From: an uncultured Thermoleophilia bacterium
GTDB lineage: Bacteria > Actinomycetota > Thermoleophilia > UBA2241
DNA: 64,000 bases
NCBI GenBank assembly: GCA_963702475.1
Contig: CAVPCT010000004.1
Span: forward strand, 437,101-501,100
Reading direction: 5' to 3'
Shown here: positions 1-9,286 of the stretch, in pieces
Layout: each line of letters begins with the position of its first letter
How positions within the stretch are numbered: the first letter of the stretch is position 1
Program-made: the position numbers and the translations under genes
Notes under the pieces: generated by a model
What the model was told of the DNA's origin: nothing
Database searches by the model: none
Seen by the model: only the letters and a program-made list of their open reading frames with translations

Positions 1-2
1 CC

Positions 3-1052
3 GTGCGGTCGTTCATCAGATCACTCGCGCCGGCAGTGCTCGCACTCGCACTCGCGACCGCTGTGCTGGCTGCGGGCGCCGGTGTGTCCGCGGCTTCCGC
101 GCAGCCCCGCGATCCCGGTCTTACGCTGCAGGCCGCACCGGGCGCCCTCAAGTACGGCGAGAGCGTGCGTCTGCAGGTCCACCTCAGTGCTTCGGGAGTC
201 CAGGTCCAGCTCAGCCGGGCGTCCGCCGGCGACGCGGTGTTCGCGCCGCTGCGGACGCTCGTGACGGACGGCCGGGGTGACGCGAGCTGGGCCGACACCC
301 CGTCGGGCAGCTCCGTCTACAGGGTCGACTTCGCCGGCGACGGGACGTGGGGGGCAGGCAGCGCCGAGACGAGCGTCACCGTCAAGGCGAAGGTCTTGCT
401 CTCCACGAGCTCCGGAGCCAAGGTCGCTGCCGGCGACGCCGTCACCGTGAGGGTGGGCATCTCGCCCGCTGTCGCCGCGGCGCCGGTCACCCTCCAGGAG
501 TGGGACGCCGCGCGCGGGTCGTGGCGGACGCTGGCGACGGTGACGCCCGACGGCCAGGGGCTGGCGCGGTGGGCGTGGCGGCCGAGCGAGCTCGGTCGCC
601 ATCGGCTCCGCGCCGTCCTCAGCGCCTCTGCGGCGTCGCCCCTCTCGACCAGCGGCGTCCGCAGCGTCCACGTGTACGACCGGAGCGATCCCTACGGGGT
701 GCCCGCGTCGTATGCGCACCTCATCCTCGTCGATCTCTCACAGTACAAGCTCTACTACTACGAGCACGGGCGGGTGGTCCGCACGTTCGCATGCGTCCTG
801 GGCAGGCCGTCGCTGCCCACGCCGAAGGGTCACTTCAAGATCTACGCCAAGGATCCGAGCATGTACGGTCCGTACGGCCCGCGCCGCATGCGCTACCTCG
901 GGCTCTACGCCATCCACGGCACCAACGAGCCGTGGCTGCTGGATCGTTGGCCGCGCAACTACTCTCACGGCTGCACGCGCCTCTCCAACGCGAACATCGT
1001 CTGGCTGTTCGACCGGGTGCACGTCGGCACGCCGGTCTGGAACGTGCCTTGA
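3..1052 (+). CDS. L,D-transpeptidase (YkuD/ErfK family) with signal peptide and Ig-like N-terminal region
   Basis: Signal peptide; C-terminal ILVDLSQYKLY, PTPKGHF, AIHGT and SHGCTRL (HxxC catalytic motif). Confidence 0.9.
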   Translation: MRSFIRSLAPAVLALALATAVLAAGAGVSAASAQPRDPGLTLQAAPGALKYGESVRLQVHLSASGVQVQLSRASAGDAVFAPLRTLVTDGRGDASWADTPSGSSVYRVDFAGDGTWGAGSAETSVTVKAKVLLSTSSGAKVAAGDAVTVRVGISPAVAAAPVTLQEWDAARGSWRTLATVTPDGQGLARWAWRPSELGRHRLRAVLSASAASPLSTSGVRSVHVYDRSDPYGVPASYAHLILVDLSQYKLYYYEHGRVVRTFACVLGRPSLPTPKGHFKIYAKDPSMYGPYGPRRMRYLGLYAIHGTNEPWLLDRWPRNYSHGCTRLSNANIVWLFDRVHVGTPVWNVP

Positions 1053-1143
1053 CCTGGGCCGCCGGGCTGGGCCGACCGGGGGGATCACCCCCTTCGGGTA
1101 GCGCCGCGCGCGTCCGCGGGCGGCGCGCCGCCGACCGCGCGCG

Positions 1144-2154
1144 TCAGACCTGCGTGTCGAGCTCCGCGTACTGCCGCGTGTAGAACTCGCGCCACTCCCC
1201 GGACTTGAGCGGCCGCCACCACTCCGGGTGGTCGCGGTACCAAGCGACGGTACGCGCGAGGCCCGCCTCGAACGTCACTTCAGGGCGCCACCCCAAAGCC
1301 CGGAGCTTCGAGCAGTCGATAGCGTAGCGCCTGTCGTGCCCCGGGCGGTCGGCCACGTAGCGGATGAGGTCCGTGCCCTTGCCGAGCAGCTCGAGGATGC
1401 GGTGCGTCAGGGTGAGGTTCTGCACCTCGTTGCCGCCGCCGATGTTGTAGACCTGCCCGGGCATGCCCTCGCGCAGCACCAGGTCGATGCCCGCGCAATT
1501 GTCGTCCACGTACAGCCAGTCGCGCACGTTGAGCCCGTCGCCGTACACCGGCAGCGGCCGGTCGTCGATGGCGTTGGTGATGAACAGCGGCACGATCTTC
1601 TCCGGATACTGGTACGCCCCGTAGTTGTTGGAGCTGCGGGTGATGAGGACGGGAGTGCCATAGGTCCTGTGGTAGGCGAGCACGAGGAGGTCTGCCCCCG
1701 CCTTGCTCGCGGAGTACGGACTGGAGGGGTCGAGGTCCGACTCCTCGGTGAAGGCGCCGGTCTCCGTGCTCCCATAGACTTCATCGGTGCCGATCTGCAG
1801 GTAGCGCGGGATCTCCAGAGCGCGCACGGCCTCGAGCAGCGTGTGCGTGCCCAGGACGTCTGTGCTGATGAAGTCCTGCGGCCCGCTGATGGAGCGGTCC
1901 ACGTGGGTCTCGGCGGCGAAGTTCACGACGGCGTCGGCGTTGCGTAGCACTCCGCCGACCATGGCCGCATCGCAGATGTCGCCACGCACGAACGTGTACC
2001 GTGGGTCGTCCTGCACGTCGCGCAGGTTCTGCAGGTTGCCGGCGTACGTGAGCTTGTCGAGGTTCACGATCTCGACATCGTCGTGCCGCCGCAACATGAA
2101 GCGCACGAAGTTGGAGCCGATGAAGCCGGCGCCGCCTGTGACCACGAGTCTCAC
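1144..2154 (-). CDS. rfbB: dTDP-glucose 4,6-dehydratase
   Basis: TGGAGFIG, DKLTYAG, FAAETHVDRS, TDEVYG, YSASK, DRPGHDRRY. Confidence 0.95.
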   Translation of the reverse strand: MRLVVTGGAGFIGSNFVRFMLRRHDDVEIVNLDKLTYAGNLQNLRDVQDDPRYTFVRGDICDAAMVGGVLRNADAVVNFAAETHVDRSISGPQDFISTDVLGTHTLLEAVRALEIPRYLQIGTDEVYGSTETGAFTEESDLDPSSPYSASKAGADLLVLAYHRTYGTPVLITRSSNNYGAYQYPEKIVPLFITNAIDDRPLPVYGDGLNVRDWLYVDDNCAGIDLVLREGMPGQVYNIGGGNEVQNLTLTHRILELLGKGTDLIRYVADRPGHDRRYAIDCSKLRALGWRPEVTFEAGLARTVAWYRDHPEWWRPLKSGEWREFYTRQYAELDTQV

Positions 2155-2197
2155 GTGCCTTCCTCCTTGTCGGGGCGCCGGGCGGACGGCAGACCGA

Positions 2198-3103
2198 TCA
2201 GCCCCGCGGGATCAGCCGGTCGACGCACTCGGCCACGCCGTCGGCCCAGTGCGGGAGCCGCGGGATGGGCCGTTCGCTGACGAGCGCGGAGAAGGCGGGC
2301 CGCGGTGCCGGCCGGCCCGCCTCTTGGGTGGTGATCGGCAGGACGTCGACGGCCATGCCGGCGAGCTCGACGACCTCGCGGGCGAGTTCGCACCAGGAGC
2401 AGTAGCCGCCCCCGGCCATGTGGTAGATGCCGGGCCCGAGGCCATGGGTGAGGGCCTCGGCGATGCCCGCCGCCAGATGTGCGGCGTAGGTGGGCGAGCC
2501 GACCTGGTCGTCCACGACCCTCAGCGGCTCGCCGGCCGCGGCCTTCTCCCGGCCAACGCGCAGGATCGTCTTCACGAAGTTGTGGCCGGTCTCGCTGAAC
2601 AGCCAGGCGGTGCGGATGGAGATGCCTCGTGCGCACTCGAGCACGGCGTGCTCGCCTTCGAGCTTGGTGCGGCCGTACACGCTGAGCGGGTGGGTGGGGT
2701 CGCTCTCCACGTACGGCGAGCCCTTGGTGCCGTCGAAGACGTAGTCGGAGCTGATGTAGACGAGCGAGGTGTGTGTACCGCGCACGGCCCGCACCACGTT
2801 GCGCGTGCCCTGCACGTTGACGGCCTCGGCCACCTTCGGGTCGGCCTCGGCCCCGTCCACGTCGGTGTACGCAGCCGCGTGGACGACGACGTCCGGCGCG
2901 AACGCATGCACCGCCGTGTACACGGCGACCTCGTCGCGGATGTCGAGCGCCTCTTCGTGGCTCAAGAAGACGTCGCCCTCGAGCACGGCGGCCAGGGCGG
3001 TGGCCAGCTGGCCGCCGGCGCCTGTGACGAACCAGCGCGTGGCCTCGCGGAGCGGTGACCCTCCGGCGCCCCGCTCGATAGCATCCCTTCGGAGGCTATT
3101 CAC
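2198..3103 (-). CDS. rfbD: dTDP-4-dehydrorhamnose reductase
   Basis: TGAGGQL, AAYTDVDGAE, ISSDYVFDG, YGRTKLEGE, DQVGSPT. Start trimmed to GTG 3103, which lies downstream of the rfbC stop. Confidence 0.9.
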   Translation of the reverse strand: MNSLRRDAIERGAGGSPLREATRWFVTGAGGQLATALAAVLEGDVFLSHEEALDIRDEVAVYTAVHAFAPDVVVHAAAYTDVDGAEADPKVAEAVNVQGTRNVVRAVRGTHTSLVYISSDYVFDGTKGSPYVESDPTHPLSVYGRTKLEGEHAVLECARGISIRTAWLFSETGHNFVKTILRVGREKAAAGEPLRVVDDQVGSPTYAAHLAAGIAEALTHGLGPGIYHMAGGGYCSWCELAREVVELAGMAVDVLPITTQEAGRPAPRPAFSALVSERPIPRLPHWADGVAECVDRLIPRG

Positions 3104-3125
3104 GGCAGGTGACCCGTGCCCGGTC

Positions 3126-3614
3126 TCACCGTAGCCGCACGCCCCAGTCGTAGGCGATCGCGGGCGTGTCGTGCGGCAGCTCGTGCTGGTCTGGAGCGTC
3201 GTACTTGTAGACCTCTGTCGGCGCGTTGACGATGTAGGCCTCCTCCTGGCTGACGCACTTCCAGCCATGCCAGAGGCCCGGGGGTACGCGCACCAGCAGG
3301 GGGTTGTGCTCGCCGAGGAAGAACTGGTCGATCTGGCCGGCCGTCGGCGAGGCCGGCTGTCCGGGCGCGGCGGCCTCTCCCTTCACGCCGCGCCCGTCGA
3401 AGAGCACGAGTTTGACCATGCCCTTGACGCACACGATGTTGTCCCACTGCTCCTCGTGCAGGTGCCAGCCCTTCACGACCCCGGGGAACGTGGTCGTCAT
3501 GTAGAACTGCCCGAAGCGGACGAAAAGGTCGTCGTCGCAGCGCAGGCATTCCATGAGTCGGCCGCGCTCGTCGGGGATGACCTTGAGCTTCTTGACCACG
3601 ACGCCGTCGATCAT
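3126..3614 (-). CDS. rfbC: dTDP-4-dehydrorhamnose 3,5-epimerase family cupin
   Basis: MIDGVVVKKL..DERG, GVVKGWHLH, VPPGLWHG; lies inside the rfb operon. Confidence 0.9.
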   Translation of the reverse strand: MIDGVVVKKLKVIPDERGRLMECLRCDDDLFVRFGQFYMTTTFPGVVKGWHLHEEQWDNIVCVKGMVKLVLFDGRGVKGEAAAPGQPASPTAGQIDQFFLGEHNPLLVRVPPGLWHGWKCVSQEEAYIVNAPTEVYKYDAPDQHELPHDTPAIAYDWGVRLR

Positions 3615-3636
3615 GCTGGTCCTCTCCGCGGTCGAC

Positions 3637-4698
3637 CTACAGGATGCCGATTCGGCACGAGTCGCCCACCATGAAGCGGTAAGCCACCGGGCGAGCGGCG
3701 CTGTGCGCAATGACGCAATCGCGGCCGATGAGGCTGTCGCACATGCGCGTGCCGAGGTGCGAGATGCGGCTGTTCTCGAGGATGATGGAATGTTCGATCT
3801 CGCTGGACTCGACCACGACGCCGTCGCTGATCGCGGTGTACGGCCCGATGAAGGCGTCGGTGAGGCGGCAGCCCGCTCCGATGACGACCGGGCCACGGAC
3901 GGTGCAGCGTGTGAGGACGCTGCCCGCGCCGATCTGCACCGGCCCCTCGACGTCGCAGTCGTCGGCCTGCCCCTCGATGCGGCGCTCGATAGTGCCCAGG
4001 ATCAGGCGGTTGGCCTCGAGCATGTCCTCGAGCTTGCCCGTGTCCTTCCACCAGCCACGCACCACGTGCGGCTCGACGCGCAGGCCTCGGTCGATCATGT
4101 GCTGGATGGCGTCGGTGATCTCGAGCTCGCCGCGGGCCGACGGTGTGATGGCCTTCACGCTTGCGAAGACGGCCGGCGTGAAGAGGTACACGCCGACCAG
4201 AGCGAGGTCGCTGTGCGGCTCGGCGGGCTTCTCCACGAGCCGCACCACGCGGCCGTCGTCGAGCTCCGCGATCCCGTACGACTTGGGATCCGCGACCTGC
4301 TGGAGGAGAATGAGGGCGTCTGGCCCACTCTCCTGAAAGTCGCGCACGAACGGGGCGATGCCCTCCTTGAGGAGGTTGTCGCCCAGGTACATGACGAACG
4401 GGCTGCCGCCCAGATAGGCCTCGCTGATGAGCACCGCGTGCGCGAGGCCCAGCGGAGCCTCCTGCTGCAAGTAGGTGACGGTGAGGCCGAAGCGAGCGCC
4501 GTCGCCGACGGCTGCCTCGATCTCGGCGTGCGTCTCACCGACCACGATGCCGACCTCGGTGATGCCGGCGGCACGCATGGCCTCGAGCCCGTAGAACAGC
4601 ACCGGCTTGTTGGCCACTGGCACGAGCTGCTTCGCGGACGTGTGGGTGATGGGGCGCAGACGGGTGCCGGCGCCGCCGCTGAGGATGAGTCCCTTCAT
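3637..4698 (-). CDS. rfbA: Glucose-1-phosphate thymidylyltransferase (long form)
   Basis: MKGLILSGGAGTRLRPITHTSAKQLVPVANKP, YLGDN, SARGELEITDA, WWKDTGK, hexapeptide-repeat C-terminus. Confidence 0.95.
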   Translation of the reverse strand: MKGLILSGGAGTRLRPITHTSAKQLVPVANKPVLFYGLEAMRAAGITEVGIVVGETHAEIEAAVGDGARFGLTVTYLQQEAPLGLAHAVLISEAYLGGSPFVMYLGDNLLKEGIAPFVRDFQESGPDALILLQQVADPKSYGIAELDDGRVVRLVEKPAEPHSDLALVGVYLFTPAVFASVKAITPSARGELEITDAIQHMIDRGLRVEPHVVRGWWKDTGKLEDMLEANRLILGTIERRIEGQADDCDVEGPVQIGAGSVLTRCTVRGPVVIGAGCRLTDAFIGPYTAISDGVVVESSEIEHSIILENSRISHLGTRMCDSLIGRDCVIAHSAARPVAYRFMVGDSCRIGIL

Positions 4699-4717
4699 GG
4701 GCCGAGCCCTCCGGGTC

Positions 4718-4993
4718 TCAGATGGTCTCGTCGCCGGTGAGTTCGGCGTCTGTCTCGGTGGAGAGCAGGTCGAGTACGCGGCGCTCGTCCACCGCCTTGC
4801 CGACGAACACGACGTTGGGGCCGGCATACAGGGTCACCCGGGCGCCGACGGGCAGCGCCAGCTCGGCGCCCTCGAGCACGATGTTGGTGAGCGTGGAGTG
4901 CTCCACGTCTCGTTCGACCTCGCAGCTGTCGATGGCGAACGGCTGCGCCTCACCGATCTGCAGGCGAGGTTCCCTGTCGGCCTCTATCCTCAC
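4718..4993 (-). CDS. Hypothetical protein, first gene of the rfb operon
   Basis: 91-aa ORF with natural composition; TGCTATACT extended -10 box 7 nt before the GTG (leaderless-type). Confidence 0.65.
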   Translation of the reverse strand: MRIEADREPRLQIGEAQPFAIDSCEVERDVEHSTLTNIVLEGAELALPVGARVTLYAGPNVVFVGKAVDERRVLDLLSTETDAELTGDETI

Positions 4994-5038
4994 GGGCGAG
5001 AGTATAGCAGCAGGGCGTAAGGGCGCCGTGGGCGCCTG

Positions 5039-5542
5039 TCAGGTGGCGAAGCTCAAGTAGGGGCGCCAGCTCTCGTGGATGTGATCGACGTGAAGGTACA
5101 CGAAGGCGGCCGGCTCCGGCGGACGAGGCCTGCGCGCCAGGCGCAGTCCCGCTGCGTTCGCCGGCCTGTCGCCTTTCTTGCGGTTGCACGGGGCGCACGA
5201 GGTCACGAGGTTGTCCCACGTGTCGGCGCCGCCCTTGGAGCGCGGTACGACGTGGTCCACCGTGAGGTGCCGGTCGCTGCCGCAGTACTGGCAGCGGTGG
5301 CGGTCCCGCGCGAACACGGCCCGGCGTGAGATGCGCGCCGAGGCGCGGTGACGCGGGATGCTCACGTAGGCACGCAGGCGGATAACTGAGGGCAGGTCGT
5401 GCGCTGCGTGCTCGCTGCGAAAAGCGGCGCCGGACAGCTCCAGCACCTCGGCCTTGTCCTTGAGGAGGAGCACCAGTGCGCGACGCACGCTGCAGACGTT
5501 CAGCGGCTCGTAGGTGGTGTTCAGGACAAGCACCTTCCGCAT
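5039..5542 (-). CDS. HNH endonuclease (McrA-like family)
   Basis: MRKVLVLNTTYEPL, VFARDRHRCQYCG, TVDHVVPRSKGG, WDNLVTSCAPCNRKKGD. Confidence 0.9.
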   Translation of the reverse strand: MRKVLVLNTTYEPLNVCSVRRALVLLLKDKAEVLELSGAAFRSEHAAHDLPSVIRLRAYVSIPRHRASARISRRAVFARDRHRCQYCGSDRHLTVDHVVPRSKGGADTWDNLVTSCAPCNRKKGDRPANAAGLRLARRPRPPEPAAFVYLHVDHIHESWRPYLSFAT

Positions 5543-5620
5543 CGTGGACGATGGTAACAGAAACGCGTGCGCGCGTGACCACGGAGTCGGCGGTCCGGGT
5601 CGCGTCGGTATACTCCGGGT

Positions 5621-6976
5621 GTGGACCTCTTTTCGATGAGCGACGAGCAGGTCGCGGCCGAGGCGCCGCTGGCGGCGCGCATGCGGCCGCGCACTATCGC
5701 CGAGTTCGCCGGCCAGGAGCACATCGTGGGCCCGGGGACGGTGCTGCGCGCCGCCGTCGAGGGCGGCGCGCTCTTCAGCATGCTCTTCTTCGGGCCGCCG
5801 GGCTGCGGTAAGACGACGCTGGCGCGGCTCATCGCTCGCCAGACCGGGGCGCGCCTCGTGCAGCTCTCGGCCGTCAGCTCTGGGACGGCCGACGTGCGGG
5901 CCGCGATCCAGGGCGCGCGCGAGGCGCGCGCCCTCAGCGCGGCCCGCACCGTCCTCTTCATCGACGAGATCCATCGCTTCAACAAGGCGCAACAGGATGC
6001 TCTGCTCCCGGCGATCGAGGACGGGATCGTCGCGCTCATCGGGGCGACTACCGAGAACCCCTACTTCGAGGTCAACTCCGCCCTGCTCTCCCGCTGTCAG
6101 CTGTACCGCTTCGAACCGCTGGACGCGGAGCTGGTGGAGCATGTGGTGCAGGCCGCGCTGGACGACGGCGAGCGCGGCCTGGGCGGCAAAGGCGTCACGC
6201 TCGACCCGGGCGGCCTCGCTTTCCTCTCCCGGATCTCGCGCGGCGACGCGCGCGTCGCGCTCAACGCGCTCGAGACAGCGTGGCGCTCCCGGGCCGCCGC
6301 GGCGCCGGCCGCGCCCGTCACCCTCACGGTGGACGACCTCCGCGACGCCGCCCAGAAGAGCCCGGTCTCCTACGACCGCGACGACGCCCACTACGACACC
6401 ATCTCGGCGTTCATCAAGAGCATGCGTGGCAGCGACCCCGACGCCGCCGTCTACTACCTTGCCTCGATGATCGCCGGCGGGGAGGACCCTCGGTTCCTCG
6501 CGCGGCGCATGATCGTGTTCGCCAGCGAGGACGTCGGCAACGCCGATCCGCGCGCGCTCGAGGTCGCAGTCGCCGCGTCGCGTGCAGTGGAGTGGGTCGG
6601 CCTGCCGGAGTGCCGTATCACGCTCAGCCAGGCGGCGACGTACCTCGCCCTCGCGCCCAAGAGCAACGCAGCGTACAAAGCCATCGACGCGGCGCTCGAG
6701 GACGTGCGGAGGCAGGGCAATCTGCCTCCGCCGCCGCACCTGCGCAGCTCCAACTATCGCGGGGCCGAGCAGCTGGGCCACGGCAAGGGCTACGAGTACC
6801 CGCACGGTCGCGGCGGCTGGGTCAAGCAGCAGTATCTGCCCGACGAGCTCTCAGGCCGCCGGTACTACGTGCCGATACGCGGAGTCGAGTGGAAGATGGC
6901 GGCCCGCCTCGAAGAAGACAAGCGGCGGGCCGCAGCAGCGGACGCGCCGACGGGATCCGGAGTCGCAGATGAGTAG
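5621..6976 (+). CDS. rarA: Replication-associated recombination protein A (AAA+ ATPase)
   Basis: PLAARMRP, GPPGCGKTT, FIDEIHRFNKAQQD, ATTENP, ISAFIKSMRGSDPDA, SEDVGNADP. Confidence 0.95.
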   Translation: MDLFSMSDEQVAAEAPLAARMRPRTIAEFAGQEHIVGPGTVLRAAVEGGALFSMLFFGPPGCGKTTLARLIARQTGARLVQLSAVSSGTADVRAAIQGAREARALSAARTVLFIDEIHRFNKAQQDALLPAIEDGIVALIGATTENPYFEVNSALLSRCQLYRFEPLDAELVEHVVQAALDDGERGLGGKGVTLDPGGLAFLSRISRGDARVALNALETAWRSRAAAAPAAPVTLTVDDLRDAAQKSPVSYDRDDAHYDTISAFIKSMRGSDPDAAVYYLASMIAGGEDPRFLARRMIVFASEDVGNADPRALEVAVAASRAVEWVGLPECRITLSQAATYLALAPKSNAAYKAIDAALEDVRRQGNLPPPPHLRSSNYRGAEQLGHGKGYEYPHGRGGWVKQQYLPDELSGRRYYVPIRGVEWKMAARLEEDKRRAAAADAPTGSGVADE

Positions 6977-7364
6977 CCTTGCCGTCACCATCGTGGTCTT
7001 CGTCGCTGTGGCCCTGATCGGGCTGGCCGCGGTGTGGTGGTACGCCAACAGGGTGAAGCGCGATCTCGACGACTCAGCCGGGGTCGTGGCCGGCGCTCGC
7101 GGCGTCATCGAGCTGCGTCCCGAGAGCGTGGCGCAGCTGCGCGCGCTCACGTCCGAGCCCATCCTGCTCAAGCAGAATGAGGAAGGCGTGCGCGTGCAGA
7201 TCGAGCACCGGCCGATGATGCCGCTGCGGGCGTTTCTCGGCAAGGACGCGGCCGGGGCGCTGCAGGAGGTCGCGGGGGAGGTCTCGGAGCGCTGGGGCGT
7301 GAAGTGGGTCGTGCTGGTCGACGCTGGCGACCCGGAACGTGTGACGGTCAAGCGCCTGGCCTGA
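6969..7364 (+). CDS. Hypothetical protein with N-terminal transmembrane helix
   Basis: ATG overlaps the rarA stop; hydrophobic N-terminus (LAVTIVVFVAVALIGLAAVWW). Confidence 0.7.
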   Translation: MSSLAVTIVVFVAVALIGLAAVWWYANRVKRDLDDSAGVVAGARGVIELRPESVAQLRALTSEPILLKQNEEGVRVQIEHRPMMPLRAFLGKDAAGALQEVAGEVSERWGVKWVVLVDAGDPERVTVKRLA

Positions 7365-7507
7365 GCGGGCTTGTTCCTTCGCCATGCGACGCGGTGTATA
7401 CAGGACTGTACACTGGTAAAGGGAACGGTCCTTTCTTCCGAAGTACAGACAGCCGGGATCGCGTTCGCGCAGGCCCGGGACGACGCTGGCTACCGCCCTA
7501 GGAGGCT

Positions 7508-9166
7508 GTGATGAAGGGGTTCTTCAAGGTCCTGCTGGGACTTGGGATCGGCGCGGCCATCGGCATGCTGTTCGCCCCCAAGAGCGGCAAGGAACTGCGT
7601 GGGCAATTGGTCGGGTCGGCCACGCGCAAGACGCTTCACCCTGCGCCGAGCTGGGAGCCCGAGTCCGAGGCCGCGACGGAGTGGCCGGCCGCCGTGGCTG
7701 TCGAGGAGTTCGTGGTCGAGGCCGGACCCGAGGAACAGGCCGCGGTCGTCGAAACGGACTTCGTCTCCGTCGCACCCGAACCCATGGATGAGCCCCCGGT
7801 CGCGGAGCCGGAGGAGGACGAAGCCGTCGTCGAGGTCATCATCGAGGAGACCGTTGTCCGCGAGGAAAGCGTGATCACCGAGGATGGCGTGGTCGAGGAC
7901 GTCGTCACGATCGAGGAGCGGGAGGTCGAGGTCATCGCGGTGGAGGAGACCTCGGTGGACGACCTGCGCGCGCGCATCGAGGCCACGCGCGCCGAGGTGG
8001 AGACGTCGCTGGCCGAGCCGTTCGGTGGTCCCGCTCTGGTCGAGGATATCGGCGAGAGCGGTCCTGCCGAGGAGAGCCTCGCCGAAGAGACGCTGGGAGG
8101 GGAGGCCTACGTTGCGGAGACCGTCGTCGAGGAGACAGTCGTCGAGGAGACAGTCGTCGAGGAGACAGTCGTCGAGGAGACAGTCGTCGAGGAGGCGGTA
8201 ATCGCCGAAGAGGCGACGGTGAGCGACACGGTCGCCGAAGAAGAGCCGATCGGCGGGGCTGTCGCCGAGGACGCCGACGGGCCCGAGCCGGTCCTGGTGT
8301 GGTCGGAGGCGGAGCAGGCCGCTCCGGCGATCGCTGAGGACACGGACGCCCAGGCAGCCCCCGAGGCGAGTGCGGACGAGGCCGAGTCCTTCCAGGAGCA
8401 GCCCGAGACGAGACGGGCCTGGGACACGTGGAGTGAGGAGCGACCCCAGCCGGTCGAGGCCGTCGCCGACGTGACCGCCGAGCCGGCCGTCGTCGAGGAG
8501 ATCCCCGTGGTCGCGTACGATGAGGTCGCCGGACCCGAGCCGCAAGTTGTCGAGGCCGAGCCCGCGTGGGCCGAGCCGGCTCCGGAACCCTACGGGCTCG
8601 CGGCCGTCGAGGAAACGGTCCTCGAGGAGCCCGTCGTCGTCGAGGAGCCGTCGGTCGCGGCCGTCGAGGAGCCCGTCGCCGTCGAGGAGCCCGTCGTTGA
8701 GGAGGTCATCGTCGCGGAGGTCGTGCCGGCCGAGGCCGAACCAGCTCCGGAGCAGCCCGTTGCACCGTCTCTGGGGGAGACCGTCATCGAGTCGGCGCCT
8801 CTCGCGCCGGCTCGCGTCCCCGAACCGGCGTCTATCGTTGCGACCGAACCCGCCCCAGAACCCGAGCCGGTCCCCGGGTTCGAGCCGCAGGACGCGGCGC
8901 CGGAGCTCGCGCCGGAGCCGGTCGCGGTCGAGCCTGCGGAGGCGTCACCGCGTGATACGGGAACGATCGATCAGGCCGAGATGCGCCGCCGCATCGAGGA
9001 GACGCGAGCACGCCTCAAGGCCAAGGCGTTCGACGCCATGATGAGCGGAGAGGCGGCCCTGCTCGGCCGGGACGACGAGGGATCGCTGCCGCGCCACGAC
9101 GACGTCGAACTGGACGGCGACGTCGCGAGCACCATCGACGAGTCGCTGTCGCAGGAGGAGTACTGA
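7508..9166 (+). CDS. YtxH-domain protein with very long acidic E/P/V/A-rich region
   Basis: AGGAGG RBS; GLGIGAAIGMLFAPKSGKELR is the YtxH signature; long low-complexity acidic linker; C-terminal helix MRRRIEETRARLKAKAF. Confidence 0.8.
   Translation: MMKGFFKVLLGLGIGAAIGMLFAPKSGKELRGQLVGSATRKTLHPAPSWEPESEAATEWPAAVAVEEFVVEAGPEEQAAVVETDFVSVAPEPMDEPPVAEPEEDEAVVEVIIEETVVREESVITEDGVVEDVVTIEEREVEVIAVEETSVDDLRARIEATRAEVETSLAEPFGGPALVEDIGESGPAEESLAEETLGGEAYVAETVVEETVVEETVVEETVVEETVVEEAVIAEEATVSDTVAEEEPIGGAVAEDADGPEPVLVWSEAEQAAPAIAEDTDAQAAPEASADEAESFQEQPETRRAWDTWSEERPQPVEAVADVTAEPAVVEEIPVVAYDEVAGPEPQVVEAEPAWAEPAPEPYGLAAVEETVLEEPVVVEEPSVAAVEEPVAVEEPVVEEVIVAEVVPAEAEPAPEQPVAPSLGETVIESAPLAPARVPEPASIVATEPAPEPEPVPGFEPQDAAPELAPEPVAVEPAEASPRDTGTIDQAEMRRRIEETRARLKAKAFDAMMSGEAALLGRDDEGSLPRHDDVELDGDVASTIDESLSQEEY
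8123..8194 (+). repeat. 15-bp tandem repeat (GTCGTCGAGGAGACA, about 4.8 copies) encoding VVEET
   Basis: Four identical units plus a partial fifth, read directly. Confidence 0.9.
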
Positions 9167-9198
9167 GGGACGCAGCCTGAGGCGCAGCTGTGCGAGGT

Positions 9199-9240
9199 CG
9201 CGAGAGGGGCGGGCGCCGATCGGCGCCCGCCCCTCTCGCG
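9199..9240. terminator. Perfect 42-bp palindrome between convergent genes, probably a bidirectional terminator
   Basis: CGCGAGAGGGGCGGGCGCCGA|TCGGCGCCCGCCCCTCTCGCG; no U-tract. Confidence 0.7.
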
Positions 9241-9286
9241 TGAGTGGCGCTCTTCGCGGCGCTGGGGGCTGCGCTCCAGGCCCGGC

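Noticed and set aside
5039-5542. HNH gene as a homing endonuclease or mobile element
   Set aside because: Matches the common stand-alone chromosomal HNH family; no intron, intein or terminal repeats seen.
7393-7413. Imperfect palindrome GTATACAG-GA-CTGTACAC upstream of the YtxH gene
   Set aside because: Single occurrence; cannot be assigned to a regulator from sequence alone.
8123-8194. Tandem repeats here and at 59334-59441 and 59973-60038 as CRISPR arrays
   Set aside because: No spacers, units are 9-15 bp and in-frame coding, and there are no cas genes.
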